A DNA stretch of 64,000 nt from Eledone cirrhosa (GCA_964016885.1 OZ024758.1:24180001-24244000), one strand, 5' to 3'. Shown: positions 26,427-39,470, counted from the stretch's first letter. Made by a program: numbers and translations. The notes: generated by a model from the sequence alone, not told the origin.

Positions 26427-26749
26427 TTCAACAAAATAATGTTTTACATTTGAATGAACGGTTTCATAACTGAACAAGCAAAAGAAATAACAAAAATAAC
26501 CAAACTATAAATCATATCTGGTAGCTAATTCCATTTAAAGAATCACTAGTTTTTAAGTGTCTAGAATATTGTTGATTCTGTTATTATTCCGCTTCCATTG
26601 CAGAAATGATGATACATTAGATAATGTAGCAAGACGCCTATTAGTTACTTAACGAGATGTAAAAAGATTTAAAAGAACAGTTTAAGTCACGTTTCTTGTA
26701 GTATGTTTTGAGAAATGACTGTTGTTATTATAATAGAGTTGATATTGTT

Positions 26750-27522
26750 GTTTCTATTTTTGGCACAAGGCCAGAAATTATCACAGTGTATTACTGGTAC
26801 TTTATTTTATCGACCCCGTAAGGCAAAGTTAACCTCGGTGGGATTTGAACTCACACCATAAAAGGCCATAACTCTTTGCTACAAATGATGGCTTCAAAAC
26901 CCTTACCGATACTGCCAATCTACTATGATATAATTGTTTCTACGTTTGGCACAGGGCCAGCAATTACCCAGTACATTACTGGTACTTTATTTTATCGACC
27001 CCATAAGGATGAAAGGCAAAGTTAACCTCGGCGCGATTTGAACTCAGAAATGGCAAGGGCCGTAACTATGCGTCAAAGCAAGGCGTCCGGCCCTCTACCG
27101 ATACTGCCAATTCACCGGCAATTGATATTATAATTGTTTCTACTTTAGGCACAAGGCCAGCAAATACCCAGTGCATTACTGGTACTTTATTTTATCGACC
27201 CCTGTAAGGATGAAAGGCAAAGTCAACCTCGGCGGGATTTGAACTCGGATCGTACAGGGACGTAGCTATGCTGGAAAGCATGGCGTCCGACGCTCTACCG
27301 ATACTGCTAATCCACCAATAATTGATATTATAATGGCGGTGAATTGGCAGTATCGGTAAAGGGTCGGACGCCTTGCTTTGCAGCATAGCTACGTCCCTGT
27401 ACGATCCGAGTTCAAATCCCGCCGAGGTTGACTTTGCCTTTCATCCTTACAGGGGTCGATAAAATAAAGTACCAGTAATGCACTGGGTATTTGCTGGCCT
27501 TGTGCCTAAAGTAGAAACAATT
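26750..27522. mobile_element. SINE A cluster ending in a head-to-head inverted pair (27131-27316 / 27335-27522)
   Basis: Family matches; 15-bp duplication aattgatattataat at 27120 and 27320. Confidence 0.85.
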
Positions 27523-30112
27523 ATAATAGAGTTGATGGCGGTGGAATGGCGGTGGAATGGCGGTGGAATGGCGGTGGAATGGCAGTATAGGCAGAGTATT
27601 CGACAATGTTTTGCGGTATAGTCTTACGTCCTTTTATGTTCTGAGTTCATATATAGCTGAGGAGAGCTTTGTTTTTTTTATCGTTACTCGAATCGATAAA
27701 ATAAAGTACCAGTAATATACTGGGTTCGATTTAATCGACTTTCTCCTCCCTCAAAGACTGTTGGACTTGTGCATAAATCAGAAACTATTGGGTTGTCAAG
27801 TATAAAATTTGTAGAAATTTTTTTTTCTACAAATTTCTACAAATTTCTACAAATTTCATACTTGACGACCCAATATTATGTCAGAGTGGAGGGCAATATC
27901 GGTAGAGCATCGGACAATATGCTTTGCGGTATGTAGTTATGGTCCATTACATTCTGAGTTCATATCTTGCCAAAGTTGGCTTTTCTCTGTCTTTCATTCG
28001 TAGTTACGGGTCGTTTTAATCAACTTTCCCATCCCTTGTGCCTAAATCAGAAACCATTACAACAAAGGTATTACCCTAATAAAAGATATGTGGGCAAAAA
28101 TTTCGCCTTTTTTTAATATTATGTCATCAAGTATGAAATTTGTAGAAAAATAAAAAATTTCTACAAATTACATACTTGACGACATACTTACATAGGTAAT
28201 AGCCGGTGACGTGGCAGAGTCGTTAGAACGTCAGATAGAATGTTTTGTTGTATTCGTTGTGGATCTATCACCCTTACCATCATCGGGGGAAACGCCTTCT
28301 TCATTCTGTCCGCCAGGACCCTGGGGAGGCCAGCACGTATGACCCCCATTTGCTCATAATACAGAGAGATGGAGGCGATGACAGTGGGAGTTCAGCTCTT
28401 CCGTGTTCGGACACATTTATTAATTCTATGTTGCTGTTGATAAATTAAATAAAACGCACAGCTGTGACTCTCTGAGTTGAAAACCCCCAAAATAAGATAA
28501 AATAAAATAACGAACGTAATATAAATACAACTCACATAATAATCATAATGTTGAAAATATTATATAAACAAATATATACTTAACAGAATTCGAACTTGGA
28601 AACCTTGGATTTAAAATAAAATAAAATATAAAAAAATAGCAATCTACGGTTAGACTTAGAGGAAGTTCTCGCAATTCCTTGTAAAATAGAGTTATGCAAA
28701 ACATAAAGAAGTACATAGGTATTTTACTATATCAGTTTTTCCTTTCTTGCTTTTTAAAAGTATTATTACGGAATAAAGTTACGGCCCTTGCCATTCTGAG
28801 TTCAAATCCCGTCGAGGTTAACTTTGCCTTTCATCCTTACGGGGGTCGATAAAATAAAGTACCAGTAATGTCCTGGATAATCGCTGGCCTTGTGCCAAAA
28901 GTAGAAACAATTATTACAAAATAAAAACTTCAAACGTCAAGAGCCTTGAACATGAATCTATCACATTTAGAATGAATTCATATTTAGCTTCCGAAAATCT
29001 TTTACTCGATGAAAATGCATCCTGCAAAGTCCAAATAAACGATTGTCATTGTTTACTTTAAGCATGTTCTTATTGTTTCAATGTGCAAGGTGTTTTGGGT
29101 AATGTTAGAGAGATAGGAATAGCCTGTTGAAGAGAAAGGGATTGTTTATTGCGTTTGAACAAAGTCAGAAGTTTGCTTTCACAGCTGTCATCTTGTTTCT
29201 TCCTTTCTGATCATATTTCAAATCAAGTGACTGCTTCAATATCATAAAGATTATAAAGATTAATGATCTTTGCAATCTGCTCCATGAATTCTTTCATTCT
29301 AAGCTTTGTCGTTTCTAGAATATCAAATATATGGAAGCTAAAAGTTAATTTATTTTCAGCCACTAATCGGCTTTCCAATGATGATAGACTTTAAATATAG
29401 AACCGACTGATCTATAAATTTATCCTTCTTTAGTTGAGCCATCAGAGGCGGCAAATTGGCGGAGTTAAAATGTCGGATAAAAAACTTCATGGTATTTGTT
29501 CTGGCTCTCTGACCTCTGAGTTCAAATCCCGCCGAGGTCAACTTTGCCTTTCAAAGTCAACAAAAATACCAGTCGATTCTTCCTCTATATCTCTTTCTCA
29601 CTTCTTATCTTTCTCTGGAAAATAAATCTGTTGTACTCAGGCCTGGAGAGAGATGGGCTCCGCCAGGTTTTAAAATGCCCAAGAAACGGGGGGGGGGAGA
29701 TGGGGAGAGGGGGGGTGGGAGGGAGAGGGGTGGTGGGAGAGAGAGGGGGGGGGGAGAGAGTGTGTGGGAGAGAGAGAGAGTGGGAGAAAGAGAGAGTGGG
29801 AGAAAGAGAGAGTGGGAGAAAGAATCAACCCCCCAATACTAGACTGGTACTTTTTTACCGACCTTGAATGGATGAAAGGCAAAGTTGACCTCGGCAGGAT
29901 TTGAACTCAGAGAACAGAAGGCCGAAATGAATACGGCAAAACATTCTATCCGACGTCCTACCGTCTCTATCAATTCGCCGCCTGTTACAATGGTGACAGC
30001 ATCTAATTCATTTGGTGTTGTAAAGCCTGGGAATTCACTCGAATAATATCAGGTTTTGTTGGTTTAACAAACCATGCACCAACTAACAATTGCTCCTTTC
30101 TATTTTGTTCAG

Positions 30113-30229
30113 TACTTTTATCAGCAATTATATAAACTTCGGGTGGTCTGGGAAACGACATCTTCCTTAGAAAACGAACTGTTCAAATCGTGTGAAGAAC
30201 TTCTATGCATACAGAAGTTTAATGAGCAG
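30113..30229 (+). CDS. Probable coding exon (first visible) of FAD-dependent oxidoreductase-like gene: YFYQQLYKLRVVWETTSSLENELFKSCEELLCIQKFNEQ
   Basis: Pyrimidine tract + AG acceptor (ttctattttgttcag), open 117 nt phase 0/0, donor CAG|GTGAAG (weaker); joins in frame to the 37209 exon. Confidence 0.55.
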
Positions 30230-31239
30230 GTGAAGAATTTTATTGCGTCTTATCTTCTGCTTCAAAGGCGATAGATAATATAGAGCCATTCTACAATTCC
30301 AGTTGTGGTTTTCTTTCACGTATTTGATCAAACTAAGAAGAGAAGTCACCTTGTCACAATGCCATTTTGTACAGGCATGAAGTGAGTTGCTTGTAACCGG
30401 TCTATTGGGTGGATATAAATGAATAGATAACTTTCTTTTTGAATAGATAACTTATAAATGAATAGATAGGATCTGAGAGTCAGGTCATGTCAATTAATGA
30501 ACTATAGAACATGGCTTAATGATTAGAGCGTCTGGTTTACAATCGTGAGGCTGTGAGTTCGATTCTCAGACCGGGCTTTGCATTATGTTCTTGAGCAAGA
30601 CACTATTTCACGTTGATCCAATTCACTCAGCTGTAGAAATGAGTTGCGACGTCACTGGTGCCAAGCTGTATTAGTCATTGCCTTTCCTTTGGGCAACATT
30701 GGTGGCATGGAGACAGTAGACTGGTATGCATGGGCAACTGCTGGCCTTCCACAAAAAATACCTTGCCCGGACTTGTGCCTCGGGAACTTTCTAGGTGCAA
30801 ACCCCATGGTCATTTGTGACCGAAGGGGATCTTTACCCTCAGCGCATCTTAAGCAGTCAATGTTTACAGTTACCCCGCTTTGAACACTACCTCTTAAGCG
30901 AGATACTGATTATGTCAAGTAATTTACTATACTACTGAATTAGAGAACTGAAATTCCCGACACTCCTTATCCCCCCCCCCCACTGCAATCGTTTAAGAGG
31001 TCTGCGGTCTGTAGTCTACAACAATGTGTCGGTTACTAGACTACCAATTATCAAAAATTCGGAATATATCCAAACAAGTTCTCAATGTCAAGTGAATATT
31101 AAAATAGCCACATTCTGAGTAACCAGAACTCAAAGAGAAGTGTGGTGATAATATTTCGTCTTTCGTTTACAATGATTAACAGTGAATTCGAATTGCTGAA
31201 AACACGTAAAACACGTTACATACATCACAAAAGTTTTAA

Positions 31240-32030
31240 CACTGATGTGACGTTATATACGTCACAGTGGTGTTAACAACACTGATGTGACGTTATATAC
31301 ATCACAGTAGTGTTAACAACACTGACGTGGCGTTATATGCATCACAAAAGTTTTAACACTGACGTGACGTTATATACGTCAGTGGCGTTAACAACACTGA
31401 CGTTACGTTATATACATCACAGTAGTGTTAACAACACTGACGTGACGTTATATACATCAGTGGTGTTAACGACACTGACGTGACGTTATATACATCACAG
31501 TAGTGTTAACAACACTGACGTGACGTTATATACATCACAGTGGTGTTAACAACACTGACGTGACGTTATATACATCAGTGGTGTTAACGACACTGACGTG
31601 ACGTTATATACATCACAGTAGTGTTAACAACACTGACGTGACGTTATATACATCACAGTGGTGTTAACAACACTGACGTGACGTTATATACATCAGTGGT
31701 GTTAACAACACTGACGTGACGTTATATACATCACAGTGGTGTTAACAACACTGACGTGACGTTATGTACAATCACAGTAGTGTTAACAACACTGACGGGA
31801 CGTTACAGACGTCACATAAGTGTTAACAACACTGACATAACGTTATATACATCACAGTGATGTTAACACTGACGTGACATTACGTACATCATAAAGGTGT
31901 TAACACGGACACGTCTGTACATACGTCACAGAGGTGTTAATAACACTAACACGACGTTACATACGTCACAGATGTGTTAACACTAGCACGACGTTACATA
32001 CGTCACAGAGGTGTTAACACTAATACAACG
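31240..32030. repeat. 38-40-bp satellite with quasi-palindromic units
   Basis: acactgacgtgacgttatatacatcacagtggtgttaaca. Confidence 0.9.
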
Positions 32031-32458
32031 ACCGTGTTTGTTTACAGTTACCAAACGTATTACGTGTCGAATTTGACCGCTAGTTTGAAATGAAAAGTAA
32101 AAAAATTAAATTTACAGCTCGCACCTATAGAGGTTTAGCTGACCTCCTACAAGGTTGCATCTTATAGGAGATTTCTTGAGTGTTTTAATGGTAGGTACTC
32201 GGTCGGTTACTTCAGACGGTTTTAAAATCGCTTTAAACCATTAAAAAAATGACATGTTTAAATGATAATAAAAGGAGCGGGTCTCTTCGTTCAATCTTCA
32301 ACATTTCTGAGATGAGGAAAACAAAATTCTTCTCTGATGTAAAAAATAAGGAAGCAGTACAGCGTAGTAAAATTTGTTGAAACGCTACGTTAATAAAATA
32401 AGATTAAAGATAGATTATGACTTCGGTTTCTTTACACAGTTAATACTGTTTAAAGCTT

Positions 32459-32511
32459 GAGAGAGAGAGAGAGAGAGAAAGAGGGTTAGAGAAAGAGAGA
32501 GAGAGAGGGTT

Positions 32512-32543
<32 letters not shown>

Positions 32544-32547
32544 GGTT

Positions 32548-32592
<45 letters not shown>

Positions 32593-33212
32593 AAGAGGGT
32601 TAGAGAAAGAGAGAGAAAGAGAGAGAAAGAGATAGAGAGAACGAGGGAGAGAGTTAGGGATAGAGAGAACGAGAGAGAGAGAACGAGAGAGAGAGTTAGA
32701 GATAGAGAGAACGAGAGAGAGAGAACGAGAGAGAGAGTTAGAGATAGAGAGAACTAGAGATAGAGAGAACGAGAGAGAGAGAGAACGAGAGAGAGAGTTA
32801 GAGATAGAGAGAACGAGAGAGAGAGTTAGAGATAGAGAGAACGAGAGAGAGAGAACGAGAGAGAGAGAGAGTTAGAGATAGAGATAGAGAGAGAGAGTTA
32901 GAGAACGAGAGAGAGAGTTAGAGATAGAGAGAGAGTTAGAGATAGAGAGAGTTAGAGAGAGTTAGAGAGAGATAGAGAAAGAGAGAGATAGAGAAAGATA
33001 GAGAAAGAGAGAGATAGAGAGAGTTAGAGAGAGTTAGAGAGAGTTAGAGAGTTAGAGATAGAGAGAGTTAGAGATAGAGAGAGAGAGTTAGAGATAGAGA
33101 GAGTTAGAGTTAGAGTTAGAGAGTTAGAGAGAGTTAGCGATAGAGAGAGTTAGAGTTAGAGAGTTAGAGTTAGAGAGAGAGTTAGAGAGATAGAGTTAGC
33201 GATAGAGAGAAA
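32459..33212. repeat. (GA)n tract with GTTA/GATA/AACG interruptions
   Basis: Direct inspection. Confidence 0.95.
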
Positions 33213-33227
33213 GAAGTGGTTTCACAA

Positions 33228-33400
33228 CAGTTAGTTCACCATACCGAGAACAAATGTTTCACATTATGCAGAACCGCAGCCCGTGCTGAGGCCCCGCATA
33301 AGGTGAAACATTTGTTCTCGGTATGGTGAACCATCTCTACCTAACTCGTCCCATGGACTGAGTGCTCTACTACTACGGATATAACCCTCCAGTGTTCTAC
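33228..33400 (+). mobile_element. Fold-back mini-element with hammerhead 3' half and ACTC-N12-GAGTGCT
   Basis: Arms 33234-33269/33296-33331 containing GAAAC-ATTT-GTT; motif at 33344-33366; ends in (TA)n. Confidence 0.6.
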
Positions 33401-33413
33401 TATATATATATAG

Positions 33414-33615
33414 ATAGGAAAAAGTATGACCCCCGACGGCAGAGCTCAAACCGTTTCGACGGCTATTTCTGGACTCCAGAAATAGCCGTTGAAACGGCTT
33501 GAGCTCTGCCGTTGGGGGGGGGGTCATACTTTTTCCTATTACCCACTCTACTACACTAAGTATTGAGTACTTTGGTGCGTTATGGTCCATCTGGTTCCTT
33601 ACCACAATTCCTTCG

Positions 33616-33617
<2 letters not shown>
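33414..33617 (+). mobile_element. Fold-back mini-element of the same family as 1549-1781
   Basis: Palindrome 33415-33538; ACTC-N16-GAGTACT at 33545-33571; shared tail tggtgcgttatggtcc. Confidence 0.7.
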
Positions 33618-33664
<47 letters not shown>

Positions 33665-33797
33665 GCCGAGGTTAACTTCGTTATATATATATATCCCGCC
33701 GAGGTTAACTTTGCCTTTCATCCTTACGGGGTCGATAAAATAAAGTACCAGTAATACACTGGGATAATTGCTGGCCTGGTGCCAAAAGTATAAACAG

Positions 33798-33839
<42 letters not shown>

Positions 33840-33842
<3 letters not shown>

Positions 33843-33983
33843 ATATAGAAAAGCTTCTACAGGACTAGAACCGTTTCATTCGTGAGTAATCATCAGGATT
33901 TATTTATATATATATATATATATATTTAATATAGAAAAGCTTCTACAGGACTAGAACTGTTTCATTCGTGAGAAATCATCAGG

Positions 33984-34014
<31 letters not shown>

Positions 34015-34076
34015 TAATATAGAAAAGCTTCTACAGGACTAGAACTGTTTCATTCGTGAGAAATCATCAGGATTTA
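33840..34076 (-). repeat. Three tandem 86-88-bp units, each with a hammerhead-like core, separated by (TA)n
   Basis: Minus strand CCTGATGA-tt(a/t)ctcacgaat-GAAAC-(g/a)gttcta-GTC. Confidence 0.7.
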
Positions 34077-34883
34077 TATATATATATATAATTCTTTCAA
34101 TACATTTTCAATAGTTTAAATCATGGAGAATGTTATGTAGCTTCTTAAACGGATTAACTAGCTGGTGTAAAGATAAATATTACAGATAACAACTCACGAA
34201 TTTCAAGAGATAACAAGTATAGGATATAAAAAAATGTAGTTCTACAAAGGTGTTTTCTGAATCTTAAGTACTACGTATGAGGGCTTGACACTATCTCAAG
34301 AACCAAACGCTTCACTAAAATTAAATTTCGTAAGAAATTATTTATTAAAATGGCCTTCTATTAACCCTTAACTATCTTAGAGTTTCTGAGGACACTGTCA
34401 CAACGACACTCTGAAGGAGAAATAGAGGAGTGGAAAGAGGAAGGGGGGAGGGGGGGAGAAAAAAGTAGAAGAAAAAGAAGAAAAAGAAGAAAAAGAAGAA
34501 AAGACGAAAAAGAAAAGGGAAAAGAAGGAAAAGAAAAAGGAAAAGGAAAAAGAAGAAAAAGGAAAAAGGAAAAAGGAAAAGGAAAAAGGAAAAAATAAAA
34601 AGGAAAAGGAAAAATCAAAAGAAGAAAAGGAAAAGGAAAAAAGGAAAAGGGAAAATGGAAAAAGAAGGAAAAGAAAAAGATGAAAAAGAATTAAAAGAAA
34701 AAAGAAGAGGGAAGAATAAGGAGAAGAACATTAACAACAATCAGTTTTCAAACCAACTGTAATTTCCAGAGGTACAAGTTGATATAATTTGGTATTAACC
34801 CTTTAACATTTACATTACTCTATATTTACTATTGTATTTTCACTGTAAAGGCTTTATTTCACATAATTATCTCACATCGTTGA

Positions 34884-35063
34884 TTGGCAGTATCGGTAGA
34901 GGGTCGGACGCCATGCTTTCCAGCATAGAGTTACGGCCCTTGCCATTCTGAGTTCAAATCCCGCCGAGGTTAACTTTGCCTTTCATCCTTACGGGGTCGA
35001 TAAAATAAAGTACCAGTAATGTACTGAGTATTTGCTGGCCTTGTGCGAAAAATAGAAACAATT
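34884..35063 (+). mobile_element. SINE A
   Basis: Family match. Confidence 0.85.
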
Positions 35064-35249
35064 ATATCAAATCTATGAGATTTTGATGTTAGTTACTTTG
35101 AGAACAATACCTTAACATAAATATGAGTGGCTGGTTAATTAACTGGGGTTTTATTGTGTCTCCTGCGTGGTTAGTTGTAGTTATGGCTGCTGTTTTAGGC
35201 ACTGTAGTTGAGTCTTTAACTTAATATAACTTAATACTACTACTACTAT

Positions 35250-35940
35250 TACCCAAACCATCAACATAAAAAACAACAGCATCAACCACCACAACAATAC
35301 CAACCACAAACACCAACCACTACCAACCACCACAACAACACCAACCACCACAACACCAGCAACACCAACCACCACAATACCAACAACACCAACAACACCA
35401 ACCAACAACACCAACCAACACCCACCACAACACCAACCCCAACAACCAACAACACCAACCAACACCAACACCACCAACCAACACCCACCACACCAACAAC
35501 ACCAACACCACCACCACCAACCACCACAACACCAACAACACCAACCACCACAACAACACCAACAACACCAACCACCACCACAACACCAACCACCACAACA
35601 ACACCAACCAACACCAATCACCAACAACCACCACACCAACCACCACCACAACACCAACCACCGCAACACCAACAACCACCACACCAACCACCACAATACC
35701 AACCAACAACCAACCACCACCACACCAACCACTACCAACAACCAACACACCAACAACACCAACCACCACAACACCAACAACCCCAACCAACACCAACACC
35801 AATCACCAACAACCACCACACCAACCACCACCACAACAACACCAACCACCGCAACACCAACAACCAACACACCAACAACCACCACACCAACCAACACCAC
35901 CACACCAACCACCAACAACCACCACACCAACCACCACCGC
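35250..35940. repeat. CAA/CAC low-complexity tract
   Basis: Direct inspection. Confidence 0.95.
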
Positions 35941-36149
35941 TTACGACCCTCTCAGGAGTAAGTGATCAAAGGAGGTAAATGATGTTATAGTTGATTGAAT
36001 TTCTCACAGTATATATCTGGTAATTACGCTAGTTACGAACGAATGAAAGACAAAATGACCTCGGTGGGATTGAAACCTCAATTCTAGTGACGTGCTGATC
36101 TTTATACAATAAAGAATTTAGTCCACTATATATATATATGTATATATAT

Positions 36150-36336
36150 AATAGGTTAGTATCGTAAAAGAGGATAGAAATAAGAGTTATAAGGAGGTGC
36201 GATACAGAATATTACATGCCTTTAAAACTTTGCCTTTAATATCTGCCTCCGACGAGTCCCATTGGGCGAAACATGTGTAAGAGCTATATAAAGATATGTT
36301 TTAACGGCTTGTAACTCTTTCATTAATTCTTTTGCG
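36150..36336 (+). mobile_element. TA-embedded PLE-terminus-like element with mutated hammerhead
   Basis: CCGACGA-GTCCC att GGGC-GAAAC-ATGT-GTA at 36249-36279; weak outer inverted arms. Confidence 0.45.
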
Positions 36337-36371
<35 letters not shown>

Positions 36372-36450
36372 TACATAAAATATATATATATATATATAAA
36401 TAAAATGTGTGTGTGTGAGTACATATTTATTCGGAATATAATATTAAAGG

Positions 36451-36492
<42 letters not shown>

Positions 36493-36633
36493 TAAAATAA
36501 CATATTAAAGTTTAAGCAAGGAATCTCTGCTTTCACCCTTAACGGGATCTTCTGAAACTAAAAAAGTCAATCTGCAAACGCAGAAGTGGATAATTCAAAA
36601 AACGTTGCAACCGGAGGAAGACAGGAAGACGAT

Positions 36634-36678
<45 letters not shown>

Positions 36679-36793
36679 AATAAATCCTTTAATATAAATA
36701 AATACACACACACACACATTATTTTATAATATATATATATATATAATAAATAAATCCTTTAATATAAATAAATACACACACACACATTTATTT

Positions 36794-36825
<32 letters not shown>

Positions 36826-36951
36826 TTTATTTAATATATATATATGTATACACACATTTATTTATTATTTATTTAATATATATATATATATTTATTTATG
36901 TATTTCTCTATTTACTTATTCTATTCATCTATTTATTTTATACACACACGC

Positions 36952-36995
<44 letters not shown>

Positions 36996-37114
36996 GTATT
37001 TAATATATATATATATTATATATTTCTTTATTTATTTATGTATTTCTCTATTTACTTATTCTATTCATCTATTTATTTTATACACACACGCAACACACAC
37101 ACACAATTTATTTA

Positions 37115-37147
<33 letters not shown>

Positions 37148-37208
37148 TTATTTATTTATTTATGTATTTCTCTATTTACTTATTATTCTATTCATCTATT
37201 TATTATAG

Positions 37209-37388
37209 TTTTCGAGAAGCCATGTAAAAGAAGCCGAAGAAACAACTGGCCGAATTGTAGTGATCGTGTGTGATGGAGCACAAGGTTCATGTGGTCGGCT
37301 CCTGGGAATTAGTGATGAATGCATACAGCATCCTTGTAATACGTACGGCGCCATTGCTAGTCTGGAGAGAAACTGTGAGAGACAGGAG
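37209..37388 (+). CDS. Coding exon with flavoprotein DG fingerprint (VVIVCDGAQGSCGRLLG)
   Basis: Acceptor tattatag|TTT, donor GAG|GTAGGT, 180 nt phase 0/0; resembles the hhhGADGxxSxxRxxLG motif of flavin monooxygenases. Confidence 0.85.
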
Positions 37389-38758
37389 GTAGGTAGAATT
37401 ATTGACAATGTTTTTTTGTACTACTTCATAACAACAACAACAGTGACATAGAAAAGAGTACCACAGAAGAGTGAAACTACTATTAAAACATTTATCGTCA
37501 AGGCCAGCAATTTGTGAAGAAAGGTCATTATATCTACCCCGGTAGGTTAATGATACTGTATTTTATCGAACCCGAAAGGATGAAAGGCAAAGTAGACCTT
37601 GGCGGGATTTGAGCTCAGAATGTAAAGTGCCGGAATATATGCTGCAAAGGATTTTCTCCGAGACTCTACAGATTCTGTCAATCCACTGCCCTCCGAAGAC
37701 GAATTCTTTTAATTCGTTTCTGAAATGCAATGTTGTAATGTTACACCTCCCATCGTATCCTTTCATTGCTATAATCAGTTTCAGCTTTCTTGTTGATGAC
37801 CCCTATCTTCAGATCACTTATAACTATTAAACAAAAGATAGCTTTAATCTGCCTCAGTTTCTGTTTCAAGATTTCTTTCAGAACTTTTCTTGTTGGTCTA
37901 CTTTTGAAGAGACTGCCTCATCTTTATAATAATCGTGATATTCTCATTTCACTAGATTCTTCTGGTATTAAGTATTTAACTCAAACGCTTTTAATCTGTG
38001 ATTTTCAAAAGCATTTCTTGTTGATGAAGTTTCTAAAGTTGAAAGTCACCCTCTAAGACACTTAAACTGAATAGTCTCTGTCTTACTGATCTATTGCTTT
38101 CTTAATGTTCTCTTGAAAGACAGAAGTGGTTTGGTAGTATTCTTATATTAGCATTGAAGTTGATAGCTATATTGATAACTACTTCAGCATTTCCGCTGTC
38201 ATTATTTCTTAAATATTGAACATTAAATTAGTAACAAAGCTTTCTCGTTGAAGTTTATGCGCTAATTATTAGAAACGCCAATCAGAATTTGACAGTCCTG
38301 TTGCAGGTCAAACGTTAGATACTACTTCATATTATATTGTATAACCCTTTAGTATTCACATTATTTTATATATATACTATTATATTTTCATGGTAAAGGC
38401 TTTACCTCGCATAATTATCTCACATAATATCGAATCTATGAGATTTTGAAAGTATTTATTTTGAGAACACTACCTTAACATCAGTATGAGTGGCCAGTTA
38501 CAGCCAGTTTCTACAGAAAGAGGTAGAGAATTATGGCAGGTTTTGGCCGGTTTGAACATTAAAGAGATAAAGTTACTAATTAAATGTAAGTTAAGATAAC
38601 CAAATGTACCTGTGACCATAAATATAAACATTTTATAATCTGATCACAGAAAGTAGGGATTCTGTGGACAGTTTACTTTCACAAAAGTGAACATATAAGG
38701 TTTATTGTGTCTATATATATTTTTTATGTAATTATTGATTTTTACTTGTGTTCTTCAG

Positions 38759-38956
38759 TTTCCGATGGCAGAAAAGAGAATCCATCAACTAATATTTGAT
38801 CTCACCTCCTATGGAGTTGATTCTCTTGACGAGACCTTCACTCCCGGCTTCAGTTTAAAACTCTTTGGCAGTAATAGGCACCGCTACATGACTCTTGTGA
38901 TACCGAAATGTGAGTCCAAGTGTGTAAAAGCCTTGCGCGTTATATTAGATCGTTCG
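38759..38956 (+). CDS. Coding exon FPMAEKRIHQ...RVILDRS of the same gene
   Basis: Strong acceptor tgtgttcttcag, canonical donor TCG|GTAAGT, 198 nt open, phase 0/0. Confidence 0.85.
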
Positions 38957-39011
38957 GTAAGTAGCCATCATATTGTTTCATCTACAGTGCTTTCATCTAC
39001 AGTGCTGTCAT

Positions 39012-39470
39012 CACATAGCTTCCTCTACAGTGACGTCATCTACAATGGTGTCATCATATAGCTTCCTCTACAGTGACGTCATCTACAATGGTGTCATCAC
39101 ATAGCTTCCTCTACAGTGACGTCATCTACAATGGTGTCACCATATAGCTTCCTCTACAGTGACGTCATCTACAATGGTGTCATCATATAGCTTCCGCTAC
39201 AGTGACGTCATCTACAATGGTGTCATCACATAGCTTCCTCTACAATGACGTCATCTACAATGGTGTCATCATATAGCTTCCGCTACAGTGACGTCATCTA
39301 CAATGGTGTCATCATATAGCTTCCTCTACAGTGACGTCATCTACAATGGTGTCATCACATAGCTTCCTCTACAATGACGTCATCTACAATGGTGTCATCA
39401 TAAAGCTTCCTCTACAGTGACGTCATCTACAATGGTGTCATCACATAGCTTCCTCTACAGTGATGTCATC
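39012..39470. repeat. 43-bp minisatellite with TGACGTCA in each unit
   Basis: 10 intact TGACGTCA at 43-bp spacing from 39031 to 39418. Confidence 0.95.

Noticed and set aside
30303-30381. Extra candidate exon (cag...GTGAGT) after 30229
   Set aside because: The phase-0 frame hits TGA and its length would break the frame between exons that already join cleanly
31240-32030. CRISPR-like palindromic repeats
   Set aside because: No unique spacers, no cas genes, eukaryotic context
32480-32660. Interstitial telomere (AGGGTTAG, TTAGGG)
   Set aside because: Isolated single units inside a (GA)n tract, never in tandem
36510-36560. Hammerhead-like CAGAAGA-TCCC..GGGT-GAAAG on the minus strand
   Set aside because: Core mutated and no NUH triplet or stem I could be formed
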